A stretch of DNA of 64,000 nucleotides, from NCBI GenBank assembly GCA_963749705.1, contig CAVVNQ010000006.1:128001-192000 (forward strand), given 5' to 3'. The notes under the pieces were generated by a model that saw only the letters and a list, made by a program, of their open reading frames with translations, ran no database searches and was not told the origin of the DNA. The stretch is from an uncultured Chloroflexia bacterium. Its GTDB lineage: Bacteria; Chloroflexota; Limnocylindria; Limnocylindrales; CSP1-4. Position numbers and translations under genes: made by a program. Below are positions 1-10,621 of the stretch, piece by piece. Numbering within the stretch: position 1 is the first letter of the stretch; the number at the start of each line of letters is the position of its first letter.

Positions 1-339
1 CATCGGCACGCCGAACCCGTTGTTCGAGCGGTAGCGCATCCGGGCGGCCTCGGACACCAGCTGGTTGAACGCTGGGTGGATGAAGTCCGCGAACTGGATC
101 TCGGCCACCGGGCGCAGCCCGTTCATCGCGGCCCCGATGGAGGCGCCGATGATCATCGATTCGGTCAGCGGGGTATCGATCACCCGGTCGTCGCCGAACT
201 CGGTCCACAGGCCGTCGGTGGCCAGGAACACCCCGCCCTTCTTGCCCACGTCCTCGCCCAGGACAACGACCGATTCGTCGCGCCGCATCTCCTCGGCCAT
301 GCCGTCGCGGATCGCCTCGATGAACGTGCGAACGGCCAT
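1..339 (-). CDS. 2-oxoacid (branched-chain/pyruvate) dehydrogenase E1 beta subunit, runs off the window start
   Basis: Manual translation MAVRTFIEAIRDGMAEEMRRDESVVVLGEDVGKKGGVFLATDGL...RVIDTPLTES...PVAEIQFADF; ATG overlaps the E1 alpha stop (TGATG). Confidence 0.93.
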   Translation of the reverse strand, partial: MAVRTFIEAIRDGMAEEMRRDESVVVLGEDVGKKGGVFLATDGLWTEFGDDRVIDTPLTESMIIGASIGAAMNGLRPVAEIQFADFIHPAFNQLVSEAARMRYRSNNGFGVPM

Positions 340-1418
340 CAGCCCGCGCCCTCGGCCGGGGCCACGTGCCACGGCGGCGCCGTCTCGCCCGGCCAGTGCT
401 CGGCGTAGACCCAGTCGAGCGCGGTCGCGGGGTCGGGATCCGGCTGCGCCTCGGCGTAGTCGGTGGCATCGGTGACCAGCCCCTTGATCTCGGCGGTCAG
501 CTCGGCCTCGATCGCGTCGGTCAGCACGCCGGCGTCGCGCAGCTGTGCCCGAAAGATGGGCAGCGGATCGTGGGCCTTGCCCTCGGCGAGGTCGTCCTCG
601 GTCCGATACTTCGTCTGCTGGTCGTCCGACGAATGCGCGGTCAGCCGGGTCACCTTGGCCTCGATCAGGGTCGGACCGCCGCCGCTCCGTGCCCGGTCGA
701 CCGCATCGCGGCCGGCCGCATAGCAGGCGAGCACGTCGGTGCCGTCGACCACGACCCCGGGGATGCCGTAGCCCGAGGCCCGGCTCGCGACGTCCCTGAC
801 CGACAGCTCCTTCTCCGCCGGCACGCTGATCGCGTAGCCGTTGTTCTCGACGATGAATACGAACGGCAGGCGATGGATGGCGGCGAAGTTGAGCGCCTCG
901 TGGACGTCGCCCTGGTTCGAGCTCCCCTCCCCCATGATCGCCACCGCCACCTGGTCGGTTCCGCGGGTCTTGGCGGCCAGGGCGATCCCCACCGCGTGGA
1001 GGATCTGGGTCGCGACGGGCGACGACACCGACACCAGGTGATGCTCCGGGTAGCCGTAGTGGCCGGGCATCTGTCGGCCGCCCGACGAGGGATCGTTCGC
1101 GGTGGCGTACTGGGCCGTCATCATGTCGCGCGGCGACATCCCGAACGTCAGGCAGGTGGCGATCGAGCGATAGAACGGCGCGATCCAGTCGTGATCGCGA
1201 CGGAGCGGCCATGCGAGACCGACCTGGGCGCCCTCGTGGCCCTGTCCGCTGATCACGAACGGGATGCGTCCGGCGCGGTTGAGGATCCACATCCGCTCGT
1301 CGACCGCGCGCGCCAGCGCGACCAGCCGGTACATCGCGACGAGGTCGGCATCGGTCAGCCCGACCGAGGCGGCAAGTGGGCTCGTCGCGGCGTTGTCGCT
1401 GTGGCCGGTGACCGTCAT
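339..1418 (-). CDS. 2-oxoacid dehydrogenase E1 alpha subunit (TPP-dependent, branched-chain type)
   Basis: SGQGHEGAQ, GRQMPGH, TPP motif GEGSSNQG..HEALNFA..ENNGYAIS, RLTAHSSDD. Confidence 0.93.
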   Translation of the reverse strand: MTVTGHSDNAATSPLAASVGLTDADLVAMYRLVALARAVDERMWILNRAGRIPFVISGQGHEGAQVGLAWPLRRDHDWIAPFYRSIATCLTFGMSPRDMMTAQYATANDPSSGGRQMPGHYGYPEHHLVSVSSPVATQILHAVGIALAAKTRGTDQVAVAIMGEGSSNQGDVHEALNFAAIHRLPFVFIVENNGYAISVPAEKELSVRDVASRASGYGIPGVVVDGTDVLACYAAGRDAVDRARSGGGPTLIEAKVTRLTAHSSDDQQTKYRTEDDLAEGKAHDPLPIFRAQLRDAGVLTDAIEAELTAEIKGLVTDATDYAEAQPDPDPATALDWVYAEHWPGETAPPWHVAPAEGAG

Positions 1419-1530
1419 CCCGTCCTCCGTGCACCTGGCCGGCTCGCTCGACCGCGCCGGCATCTCCGGCGTCGTGCCGGCGCTGCTGGCCGTGCCGACG
1501 TCGCCGGTCCAGCCGGCGCCGTATCGCCGG

Positions 1531-2973
1531 CTAGAAGTTGATCGACCGTCCGTCGACCGCCATCGCGGTCTCCCCGAGGATCTCCGAGTATGTCGGATGG
1601 GCGTGCGTGGCGGCGCCGATCTCCCATGGCGCCGCCTCGAAGGTCAGCGCCAGGGACGCCTCCGCGATGAGGTCCGTCGCATGCGGCCCGATGATGTGGA
1701 TGCCCAGCGTCTCATCCGTATCGCGGTTGGCGATGATCTTCGCAAACCCCTCGTACTCACCGCCGATGATCGCCTTGCCGACCGCCTGGAACGGCACCTT
1801 CGCGGTCTTGACCGGCAGCCCGCGCTCCTCGCACTGCTGCTCGGTGAGGCCCACCGACGCGATCTCGGGCCGGCTGTACGTCGCGCGAGGCTGCTTGACG
1901 TAGTCCATGGGGTGGACGTCCGGGTCGCCGGCGATCGTGTGGGCAGCGATCATCCCCTCGTGCGCCGCGGTGTGCGCGAGCATCAGGCCGCCAACGATGT
2001 CGCCGATGGCGTACAGGTGCGGCTCGCGGGTGCGCATGTGGCCGTCGACCTTGACGATGCCCCGATCGACCTCCGCGCTCGTGGTGTCCAGCCCCACGTC
2101 CTCGACGTTGGTGGCCCGGCCCGCGGCGACCAGAAGCATCTCGGCCTCGAGCTCGGTGGCCTCCTTGCCATCGGGGCCGACGGTGATCCGGACGCCGTCC
2201 TTGCCCGCCTTGACCGACTTCGCATCGAACCGGGCGCTGGTGATCACCTTGATCCCACGCCGGTTGAACGTGCGCTCCAGCTCCTTCGAGACCTCGCGAT
2301 CCTCGAGTGGGACGATCGCGGGCAGGTACTCGAGCAGGGTGACCGACGCGCCGAGGTCGTGGTACATCGATGCGAACTCGACGCCCACCGCGCCGGCGCC
2401 GATGATGACGATGCTGGCCGGCATCGAGTCCATGCGCAGCACGTCGTCCGAGGTCACGATCCGCTTCCCGTCGGGGGTGATCCCGGGCAGCGACTTGACC
2501 CGGGACCCGGTGGCCAGGATCACGTCGGTCGCGTTGAGGATCCGCTCTCCCCCGGCGCCCGGCGCGCCGTCCTCGGCAGGCTGCATGACCCTGACCCGGG
2601 TCGCACCGTCGAGCCGGCCGCGGCCCTGGACCCAGGTGACGCCGTACTTCTTGACCAGCGTCTGGACGCCCTTCCACATGCGGGTCACGACCTGGTCCCG
2701 GCGCTTGGCGATCTGTGCGTAGTCCACGCTCGTCTCGCCGCCCAGCACCAGGCCGAAGTCGGCCGCGTGGCGCAGCCGCTCGTTGAACGCGGCCAATTCG
2801 AGCAGCGCCTTGGTCGGGATGCAACCGCGGTGGAGGCAGGTGCCGCCGAGCTTGTCCTCGTCCACGAGGGCCACCTTGAGCCCGAGCTGCGCGGCGCGGA
2901 ACGCCGCGGCGTACCCGCCGGTTCCCGCGCCCAGGACGACGAGGTCGAAGTCATTCGAGGAGCCGACGGCCAT
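1531..2973 (-). CDS. lpdA: dihydrolipoyl dehydrogenase (E3)
   Basis: GAGTGG, GGTCLHRGCIPTK disulfide motif, GAGAVG, C-terminal HAHPTYSE. Confidence 0.96.
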   Translation of the reverse strand: MAVGSSNDFDLVVLGAGTGGYAAAFRAAQLGLKVALVDEDKLGGTCLHRGCIPTKALLELAAFNERLRHAADFGLVLGGETSVDYAQIAKRRDQVVTRMWKGVQTLVKKYGVTWVQGRGRLDGATRVRVMQPAEDGAPGAGGERILNATDVILATGSRVKSLPGITPDGKRIVTSDDVLRMDSMPASIVIIGAGAVGVEFASMYHDLGASVTLLEYLPAIVPLEDREVSKELERTFNRRGIKVITSARFDAKSVKAGKDGVRITVGPDGKEATELEAEMLLVAAGRATNVEDVGLDTTSAEVDRGIVKVDGHMRTREPHLYAIGDIVGGLMLAHTAAHEGMIAAHTIAGDPDVHPMDYVKQPRATYSRPEIASVGLTEQQCEERGLPVKTAKVPFQAVGKAIIGGEYEGFAKIIANRDTDETLGIHIIGPHATDLIAEASLALTFEAAPWEIGAATHAHPTYSEILGETAMAVDGRSINF

Positions 2974-3301
2974 CGGTCAGGGATTCTCCGCTGCGGTCAG
3001 CGCCTGGCCGGCGAGCGGCGGTCGCGGCCTTGGCTGGCGTGAAGGGACATCGCGGTCGATCGTACTACGGGCGTCCGCCGATGTCGGACCGGGGCGCGGC
3101 GGGTTGCAGCGACGCGGACGGCGAACCCGTGGGCGCGGCACACGGCCCGGGACATCGTTCGACACCGGATCGGCGGACTCACCCCGGTTCGACCCCGGGT
3201 CGGCGACATCGGAGCATCGTTCGAGCCGCAGCCCGCGACCCGGTGCTAGATTCCGCCCCTGCGGCGGGGACCGGTCCCGCCGCCACCGGAGGTGCTGGAC
3301 G

Positions 3302-3940
3302 GTGAGCGCGGGCGAGCTCCTGGTCGCGATCCTGCTCGCTGTGCTGTCCTACGTCGGCGGCTCCGTCCCGTTCGGGGTCGTCGTCGCGAAGCTCACCGGG
3401 GCCACCGACCCGCGGACACTGGGCAGCGGCCGCACCGGGGGCACCAACGCCCTGCGCGCGATGGGCCGGCGACGGGCGCTGGTCGTGGTCACCGGAGACG
3501 TGCTCAAGGGCGTGCTGCCCGTCCTGGCCGCCCGCTTCCTGACCGGCAATGCCGGCGTCGAGGTCCTGTGCGCGATCGCCGCCATCCTGGGCTCCACCCG
3601 GTCGATGTTCGTGGGCTTCCGTGGCGGACGCGGCGTGGGCACGAGCGTGGGCACGATGCTGGTGATCTTCCCGCCCGCGATCCTCGTCGGGGCGCCCGTG
3701 TTCGTGGTCGTGATCCTGGTGACCCGCTACGTGTCGCTGGGTTCGCTGATGTCGACCGCCGCCGGGGCGCTCCTGGTCGGGATCTGGTGGCTCGCCGCAA
3801 ACGGGACGGTCCCGGTGGCCTACCCGGTGTACGCGACGCTCGGGTCAGCGCTGGTCTGGCTGGCGCACGCGGACAACATCGGCCGACTGATCCACGGCAC
3901 CGAGCGTCGCTTCGACCTGGACCTGCTGTCCCGCGACTGA
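3302..3940 (+). CDS. plsY: acyl-phosphate:glycerol-3-phosphate acyltransferase
   Basis: GSVPFG, GSGRTGGTNALR, DVLKG, FRGGRGVGT, YVSLGS, HADNIGRL; GGAGG upstream of GTG 3302. Confidence 0.92.
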   Translation: MSAGELLVAILLAVLSYVGGSVPFGVVVAKLTGATDPRTLGSGRTGGTNALRAMGRRRALVVVTGDVLKGVLPVLAARFLTGNAGVEVLCAIAAILGSTRSMFVGFRGGRGVGTSVGTMLVIFPPAILVGAPVFVVVILVTRYVSLGSLMSTAAGALLVGIWWLAANGTVPVAYPVYATLGSALVWLAHADNIGRLIHGTERRFDLDLLSRD

Positions 3941-3954
3941 GGGCAGCGGCCGGA

Positions 3955-4068
3955 TGGCGCCAGGGGCCACGGCGATGGCGAGGGGGACGGGCCGGGCGGG
4001 GTTTCGTGGCGCCAGGGGCCACGGCGATGGCGAGGGGGACGGGCCGGGCGGGGTTTCGTGGCGCCAGG
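3955..4068. repeat. 52-bp tandem repeat, 2 exact copies plus a partial copy
   Basis: TGGCGCCAGGGGCCACGGCGATGGCGAGGGGGACGGGCCGGGCGGGGTTTCG at 3955 and 4007, partial at 4059. Confidence 0.95.
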
Positions 4069-4072
4069 AACG

Positions 4073-4105
4073 AAAAGACCGGGCCGCGGCATCCGCGACC
4101 CGGTC
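4073..4105 (-). terminator. intrinsic terminator of the zinc-ribbon gene
   Basis: Hairpin GACCGGGCCGCGG-cat-CCGCGACCCGGTC followed on the minus strand by TTTT. Confidence 0.7.
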
Positions 4106-4119
4106 CAGACTGTCGAGTG

Positions 4120-4488
4120 TCAGCCGCCGCGCTGCGTCCGGAAGCAGTCCGAGCAGTAGACGGGCTTGCCGTTGGTCGGGCGGAACGGGACGCGGGCCTC
4201 GTTGCCGCAGCTCGAGCACGTTGCGGTGAACATCTCCCGCGGTGCGCTGCTCCGGCCGTAGCCGCCGGCCGAGTAGCCGCCGCCACCGCCATAGCCGCCG
4301 GCGTCATAGCCGCCGGCAGATGCGCCGTAGCCGCCATCGCCCGCGGCACGCGCGGCCTTGCGGCTGGCGCGGCATGACGGACAGCGCCGGGGCTCGGTGA
4401 ACCCCTTCTCGGCGTAGAACTCCTGCTCGCGCTCGGTGAATGCAAACTCCATTCCGCAATCGGAACAGGTCAGGGTCTTGTCGGCCAC
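4120..4488 (-). CDS. double zinc-ribbon protein (zf-trcl plus CxxC-x17-CxxC domain) with Gly/Tyr-rich linker
   Basis: DKTLTCSDCG..F.F...EQ.FYAEKGF..PRRCPSCR and EMFTATCSSCG..ARVPFRP..GKPVYCSDCF; GTG start after GGAGG. Confidence 0.9.
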   Translation of the reverse strand: MADKTLTCSDCGMEFAFTEREQEFYAEKGFTEPRRCPSCRASRKAARAAGDGGYGASAGGYDAGGYGGGGGYSAGGYGRSSAPREMFTATCSSCGNEARVPFRPTNGKPVYCSDCFRTQRGG

Positions 4489-4676
4489 GTGCCGATGTCC
4501 TCCAGCTGTCGCCGCCTCTTGCCCGGGGTCCTCGAGTGATAGCCGGAGGAAACCAAGTGTCGAACGTGCGATCGGGTTATGTCCGTGCACGGCGATCCGC
4601 GCACGGGCGCAGTGTACGTAGGAACCCGCCCGATGGCGATACCGTATTTTCGGGTCGATCAGAAGGCCCTTCGGCC

Positions 4677-6176
4677 CTAGCCGGCTGCCCAGCCCTTCGA
4701 CCGCTCCACGGCTCGCTGCCAGTCACGAAGCAGCGCGGTCCGCCGCTCCGGGGTCATGGCCGGCTGGAACCGGCGGTCGACCGTGCGGATCGACGCCAGC
4801 TCGTCGAGGCCCGACCACATCCCCGTCGCGAGCCCGGCCAGCGACGCGGCGCCCCAGGCCGTGGTCTCGGTCACGGTCGGGCGCTCCACCGGCACGCCCA
4901 GGAGATCCGCCTGGAACCTGAGCAGCTCATCGTTGCGAGCCGCGCCCCCGTCCACCCGCAGGTCCGCCAGCGGCGCCCCACGGTCGGCCTCCATCGCAAC
5001 GAACACATCGTGGACCTGGTACGCGATCGACTCGATCGTCGCGCGCGCAATCTCGGGCAGCCCGGTGCCGCGGGTCATGCCGATCAGCAACCCGCGGGCG
5101 TGCGGGTCCCAGTGCGGCGCGCCGAGGCCGGTGAACGCCGGCACGAGGTACACGCCACCGGTGTCCTCGACGCCACGAGTCAGCTCCTCGACCTCGCTCG
5201 ACGATCCGATCGCGCGCAGGCCGTCGCGCAGCCACTGGACGGCCGCTCCCGCGATGAACACCGAGCCCTCGAGCGCGTACGCGACCGGACCGCCGTCACC
5301 AAGCTGCCACAGCGCCGTCGACAGCAGGCCGTGCCCGGAGGCAATCGGCATGTCGCCGACGTTCGCGAGCAGGAACGCGCCGGTGCCATAGGTGTTCTTG
5401 GCGTCGCCCGGCGCGAAGCACGCCTGCCCGAACATCGCCGCCTGCTGGTCACCCGCCACGCCGGCGATCGGGATCGGGCGACCCAGGACATCGGCGTCCG
5501 ACTCGGCCCACACCGCCGACGACGGTCGGACCTCGGGCAGCATCGAGCGCGGCACCTCCATCAATGCCAGCAGCTCGTCGTCCCACTCGAGGCTGCGCAG
5601 GTCGAGCAGCAGGGTTCGCGAGGCATTCGATGCATCGGTCGCGTGGACGCGGCCGCCGGTCAGACGCCAGATGAGCCAGGAGTCGACCGTCCCGAACGCC
5701 AGCTCGCCGCGCGCGGCGCGGGCGCGCAGGCCGCCCTCCTCGAGGATGTGCCGGATCTTCGGACCGGAGAAGTAGGCGTCGAGGGGCAGGCCTGTCCGCT
5801 CGCGGATGAACGGCTCGTGGCCGGCCGCCCGGAGCTGCTCGCAGAACGGCGCGGTGATCCGGCTCTGCCACACGATCGCCGGTGCCACGGGACGGCCCGT
5901 CGCACGGTCCCAGACGATCGTGGTCTCGCGCTGGTTGGTGACGCCGATCGCGGCGATGCTCGCGGGCCCACCGACCGCATCGACGACCTCACGGGCGACA
6001 CGAACCTGGCTCGACCAGATGTCCTCCGGGTCGTGGGTGACGTGCCCGGGCGACGGGTAGCCCTGCGGGAACTCGCGCTGCGCGCTGGCGACGGGGACGC
6101 CGTGACGGTCGAAGGCGATCGCGCGCGAGGAGGTCGTGCCCTGGTCGAGCGCGAGCACGAACGGCCCATCGGACAT
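4677..6176 (-). CDS. glpK: glycerol kinase
   Basis: [54 protein letters not shown]; own RBS GGAGGAG. Confidence 0.96.
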   Translation of the reverse strand: MSDGPFVLALDQGTTSSRAIAFDRHGVPVASAQREFPQGYPSPGHVTHDPEDIWSSQVRVAREVVDAVGGPASIAAIGVTNQRETTIVWDRATGRPVAPAIVWQSRITAPFCEQLRAAGHEPFIRERTGLPLDAYFSGPKIRHILEEGGLRARAARGELAFGTVDSWLIWRLTGGRVHATDASNASRTLLLDLRSLEWDDELLALMEVPRSMLPEVRPSSAVWAESDADVLGRPIPIAGVAGDQQAAMFGQACFAPGDAKNTYGTGAFLLANVGDMPIASGHGLLSTALWQLGDGGPVAYALEGSVFIAGAAVQWLRDGLRAIGSSSEVEELTRGVEDTGGVYLVPAFTGLGAPHWDPHARGLLIGMTRGTGLPEIARATIESIAYQVHDVFVAMEADRGAPLADLRVDGGAARNDELLRFQADLLGVPVERPTVTETTAWGAASLAGLATGMWSGLDELASIRTVDRRFQPAMTPERRTALLRDWQRAVERSKGWAAG

Positions 6177-6193
6177 CGGAGCTCCTCCCGGCA

Positions 6194-7856
6194 TCAGCCT
6201 GGCGGCGGCACGTCGAACTCGCGGTGCGCGCCCTCGAGGTACGTGCGGACCTCGGCGGCGCGCCGCTCGTCGTCCCAGCCCAGGATCGCGCCCATGATCT
6301 GGGCCACCCTCGGCGCACATCCCGCTCCCCGATCGCGAACCTCGGGCGCCAGCCGGATGCGGCGGGCCAGCATGTCGTCGAGCGACATCGCCAGCTCGTG
6401 CTCGGCGGCCCACGCGACCTCGGCCTCGAGATACGGGAACCCGGGCTCGAGCGGCGCGGACCATGTCCCGGGCTCGACCGAGCGCGAGCACATCCGGCGC
6501 CTCCGTCCCATGGCGATCGACGAGCGACCGGGCTGCCTCGGCGTCGACGTCACCGGTGGCGGTGAGCCGCGAGGCGAGCGCGTCGAGGTCGGCGGAGGCC
6601 GCCGCCCCGATGATCGGCAGGTCACCGGTCGCCGTGCGACGCACGCGGGCGGCGTCGCCCAGGACCGCATCCACGGCATCGCGCGCCATCACCCGGTACG
6701 TCGTGTACTTGCCGCCGCTGACCCGGACGAGACCCGTCGCCTCGACGCTGACCTTGTGCTCGCGCGAGATCCTGACGCTCGACCGCGCCGTCGACGGGGC
6801 GATCAACGGGCGCAGGCCGGCGTACGTGCCCACGATGTCGTCGCGGGACAGCTCGAGGTCGAGCGCCCCGTTGAGCGTGCCCAGGATCTCGTCCACCTCG
6901 GCGGCGCTGGTCGCCGGGCGGTCGATCGGGCCATGGAACGGCTGATCCGTCGTGCCGATCAGCCAGTGCCGCGGCCAGGGCACGAGGAACGCGACGCGCC
7001 CCGGGATCCTCAGCGTCATCCCGCCCAGCGCCGGGATCCGCTCGCGCGGGATCACCAGGTGGCTGCCCCGTGCGGGCAGGACGCTGAACGATCCGCCGCC
7101 GAACGGCCGGTCCGGTTGCGCTCCCCACACCCCGGTCGCATCGAGGACCGTCGCCGCTCGCACGTCGAACGTCGTCCCCGTTACCCGGTCCTCCACCGCC
7201 GCTCCGATGACGCGGCTGCCGTCGAGCAGCGGAGCCGTTGCCCGGACCCGGGTGACCGCCGCCGCCTCGTCGGGCGCATGGGCGATCGCGGTCCTGACGA
7301 CCGCGAGCGCAAAGCGGGCGTCGTCCTCCATCGCGTCGTGGTACAGGAGCGCGCCCCGCAGGTTCTGCCTCCGGAGGTGCGGGGCGTAGTCGAGCGTCGC
7401 TGCGAGCGAAAGGTGCCGGTGCGGGCCGCCGGACCTGGCCGACCCCAGCACGTCGTACATCGTCATGCCCGCTTCGTAGAACGCCCGAGTGATCGCGGGC
7501 GGTCCGTACAGCGGGAACAGGAACGACTCGAGGCGGACCAGGTGGGGCGCCAGTCGCAGCAGCCGGGCGCGCTCCGCGAGCGCCTCGCGCACGAGGCCGA
7601 TCTGCATCTGCTGGAGGTACCGCAGCCCGCCGTGGATCAGGCGGCTTGAGCGCGACGACGTCCCGACCGCGATGTCGTCCTGCTCGACCAGCGCCACGCG
7701 CATGCCGCGGCTCGCGGCATCGAGCAGGGCCCCGGCCCCCACGATCCCGCCGCCCACGATCAGCAGGTCCCAGTGCTCGTTGGCAAGCCGCTCGAGGTCA
7801 TGGCCCCGGCGGGCGAGCGGAGCGTGCAGGAGGTGTGGATGCTGGGGATCGGTCAC
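6194..7856 (-). CDS. glpD: FAD glycerol-3-phosphate dehydrogenase, apparent frameshift near 6460
   Basis: [37 protein letters not shown]; the C-terminus ([19 protein letters not shown]) continues in ORF 6194..6679. Confidence 0.9.
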
Positions 7857-8068
7857 GACGGACCCCTCGTCCCGGGCGAGCGCAGGATCCGCCACAGGAT
7901 GTAGGCGGTGCCGCCGACCAGGATCACGATCAGCAGCGGCGTGTGGAACACCAAGGCCTGGCCGTCGCTCGGGAGCAACGCGGTGACGCCGGCGGCCGCG
8001 AGCACGGTCACCACGACCGCCGCGGCGACCAGCAGCACCTCGCGGATCCCCGGCTGCCGCTCAGCCAC
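7853..8068 (-). CDS. small membrane protein with 2 predicted TM helices
   Basis: Two hydrophobic stretches; overlaps the nnrE stop and the glpD start. Confidence 0.65.
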   Translation of the reverse strand: MAERQPGIREVLLVAAAVVVTVLAAAGVTALLPSDGQALVFHTPLLIVILVGGTAYILWRILRSPGTRGPS

Positions 8069-8843
8069 GGTCTGCGTCTCCCGGGATGCCGATGGGTGCG
8101 ACCAGCACGCGCCCGGCGAGCGCGCGGCCGCGGCGCGTCTGCAGGCCGATCTTCGGCCGGTGGAAGGTCACGGTCATGTCCGCCCGGACGACCGGGTCCG
8201 ACGGGTCGCCGGACGTGAGGTCGACGGCCGTCGGGGTGTCGACGGCCAGCACCGGAACCCCGGCGTCGCGGGCTCGACCGATCATCTCGACCGCGGCGCG
8301 CACAGGCTCTCGAAGCCGGCCCTGGACCCCCGTGCCGAGCAGGGCATCGACGATCACGCCGGCCTTGTCCAGCCCCTGGGCGAGGATGGCGATGTCGCGC
8401 GCGACCGGTGCATGGACGCGCGTGACGCCGGTCAGGCCCTCGAGCCGCTTCCAGTTCCGGAGGGCATCGGGCGTCCCCGGGCGCTCCGCGGTGGACACGA
8501 GGACGGCGATCACGGTTCCGCCCCAGCCGGCCAGGCGACGCGCGGCGACAAGGCCGTCGCCGCCGTTGTTGCCGGGTCCGGCGAGGACGAGGACCGGCCG
8601 GTCCGCTCGCCCGTTGTGGGCGGCAAGTGCGCGGGCACCCGCCGCCACGGCCGTACCCGCGTGCTCCATGAGCGTCTCACCGGGGACGCCGAGCGCCTGG
8701 GCCTTGCGATCCATGCCCGTCATCGCCGCGGCCGAGATCGCCGTGCGCGCCGCGGTGTCCGCCCAGCGAAGCTCGAGCTCGTCGAGGCTGAGCTCCGCCA
8801 GCTCTCGATCGTCCGCGGGAAGGAGGGTCGGGGGGTTGGCCAC
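8061..8843 (-). CDS. nnrE: NAD(P)H-hydrate epimerase (stand-alone YjeF-N)
   Basis: LMEHAG, GPGNNGGDG, DALLGTG, VLAVDTPT, APIGIP. Confidence 0.9.
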   Translation of the reverse strand: MANPPTLLPADDRELAELSLDELELRWADTAARTAISAAAMTGMDRKAQALGVPGETLMEHAGTAVAAGARALAAHNGRADRPVLVLAGPGNNGGDGLVAARRLAGWGGTVIAVLVSTAERPGTPDALRNWKRLEGLTGVTRVHAPVARDIAILAQGLDKAGVIVDALLGTGVQGRLREPVRAAVEMIGRARDAGVPVLAVDTPTAVDLTSGDPSDPVVRADMTVTFHRPKIGLQTRRGRALAGRVLVAPIGIPGDADRG

Positions 8844-8980
8844 GGTTCAGAGGGTACCCCGCAAATTGCCGCTCGTCGGGGCGCCTGTCGCAGGGTGGGT
8901 CGTCCTGCGTGAGCGGTTCCTCGGCGCCACGACCGTCGGCGAGGCGCAGCGCCCGACGCGCGGCGCGATCCTTGCCTTGC

Positions 8981-9247
8981 GATCCACGGATGGGGTGCGT
9001 GGTAACGGCGGTGCCGGACGAGCCTTCCTGCGACCGACCGATGGGGTGCGTGGTAACTGCCGCGCGGGCGATTCTCGTCGGCAGCGACCGATGGGGTGCG
9101 TGCTTGGCGAGCTCCATGTGGCGAACCACGCGGGTGGTCGGTACCTGGCCGGATCAGCGGCAGCGCCCACTCTCGCGTCGGTCGAGGACCGGACCCGCGA
9201 ACGCCGCAGCAATGGCGACGGCCGAGATACCACGCGTGTCACCGGTC
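8981..9247. repeat. cluster of degenerate ~22-bp repeats (3 direct, 2 inverted), REP/BIME-like
   Basis: GATGGGGTGCGTG(GTAAC) at 8989, 9040 and 9090; degenerate inverted copies near 9122 and 9226. Confidence 0.75.
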
Positions 9248-9350
9248 AGCGGCCAGGTCCGTGCCGTCGCGAGACCTGTGGCGGACGGCGGCGGATCGAG
9301 GCGTAGGGAACGAGGCGCGGATCGCTGCCGGCCCTCCGGGCGGCGACGCC

Positions 9351-10621
9351 TCACACCAGCTCTGCGATCAACCCGGCCGCGCGGCGGGCGCCATCGGTGG
9401 CAACCGGGTGACTCGGTCACCGGACGCTCGATCTCCTCGGCCATCGCCGCGGCGAGGGCCTCGGGATTGCTGCGGCTCGTAGTCCATCGCCCGCCCGGCG
9501 CCGTATCGCTCCAGCCGATGCCGGACGTGGCGGCTCTGCTCGAAGTGGTTGCGCAGCGGGAAGTACAGGAACGGCCGGCGGGCCGCGACAAGCTCCATCG
9601 TCGTCGTCAGGCCCGCCCTGCACCACGGCCAGGTCGCACACGGCGAGATGGCGATACAGCTCGCGGAACGTAGCCGCGGACCTCCACGCCGGCGCGGCGC
9701 CCAGCGAAGCGGGATCGATCCGGGGCCCCGCGACCGCGACCATCCGCAGCCCGGGGACCCGCCGCCGCGCCTCGGGAAACGCCGCGACAACCCGCCGCAG
9801 CAGCGCTCCGCCCACGCCCGAGCCGCCGACCGTCACGATCGCGATCCGCTCGTCCGGGTGGTAGCCGAGCTCGCCGCCGGAGCTCTTCCCGGCGCTCGAG
9901 CAGCGGGGCGGGATCAAACCCGGTCACGTAGCCCGCTGAACTCATAGTGCCTCTCGGTCCAGTCGCGAATCGCCGGCAGCCCCGGCCCGAACGCGTCGGG
10001 CACAATGTCGGCGGGATCGCCCACGAAGATCGCGCGGTCCCGGATCCGCGGGAAGCGCTCCACGTGCTAGATCATCTCCGCGTTGTGGTCGGCCGTCAGG
10101 AAGGCCTCGCGTCGCCGCCGTCGGGCATCGGCAGCCAGCCCACGAAGTCGGTCATCCACGCGAACGCGGTCCGCTTGAGCTCGGGGTTCTCGTGCAGGAA
10201 GTGGTCGACGTCCCATAATTCGTCGCCGATCACGAGGTCGTATTCGCCATCGGCGACCGCATCGTGGAACACCATGAAGTTCGCGACCAGGATCTCGTCC
10301 ATCCGCCGGATCGCCTGGAATGCGTTGAGGTCGTGCTCGTGCCGCCTCGGCGGCGATATGGCCGGACTCGCTGGCGAGCTCGGCGCTCAGCGGATGGATC
10401 CGCTCGCCGCGTGCCGCGAGGACGGTGGTCACCGGGTGCTGCGCAAGCCAGTCGATCTCGAGGTCGGGACGAGCGGCCCGCAGCTCGTCCGCGATGGCGA
10501 CGTCGCGCTGGGCGTGCCCCAGGCCGATGGGCGACGAAAGGAACAGCGCACGCCGGCGCCGCGCCAGGCCGCGCGTCCATGTCCGCGGGGCGGGCGACGC
10601 GGACGCAGTCATCGCGGTCAT
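9351..10621 (-). pseudogene. GT-B glycosyltransferase with several frameshifts and an in-frame TAG at 10067
   Basis: LFLSSPIGLGHAQRD, VIGDELWDVD, VTVGGSGVG, GLTTTMEL..PFLYFPLRNHFEQ, ending DGARRAAGLIAELV* spread over different frames. Confidence 0.8.

Noticed and set aside
4489-4660. Structured 5' leader of the zinc-ribbon gene
   Set aside because: A long leader is plausible, but no recognisable motif or convincing structure was seen
4677-7895. 1072-aa GlpD-GlpK fusion in the ORF track
   Set aside because: The true GlpD C-terminus is in another frame (stop at 6194) and glpK has its own RBS and ATG; the linker is out-of-frame junk from a frameshift
8981-9110. CRISPR array
   Set aside because: Only three degenerate short repeats, inverted copies present, and no leader or cas genes in the window
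10067-10069. In-frame TAG as pyrrolysine or read-through
   Set aside because: No pyl genes in the window, and the gene is full of other lesions
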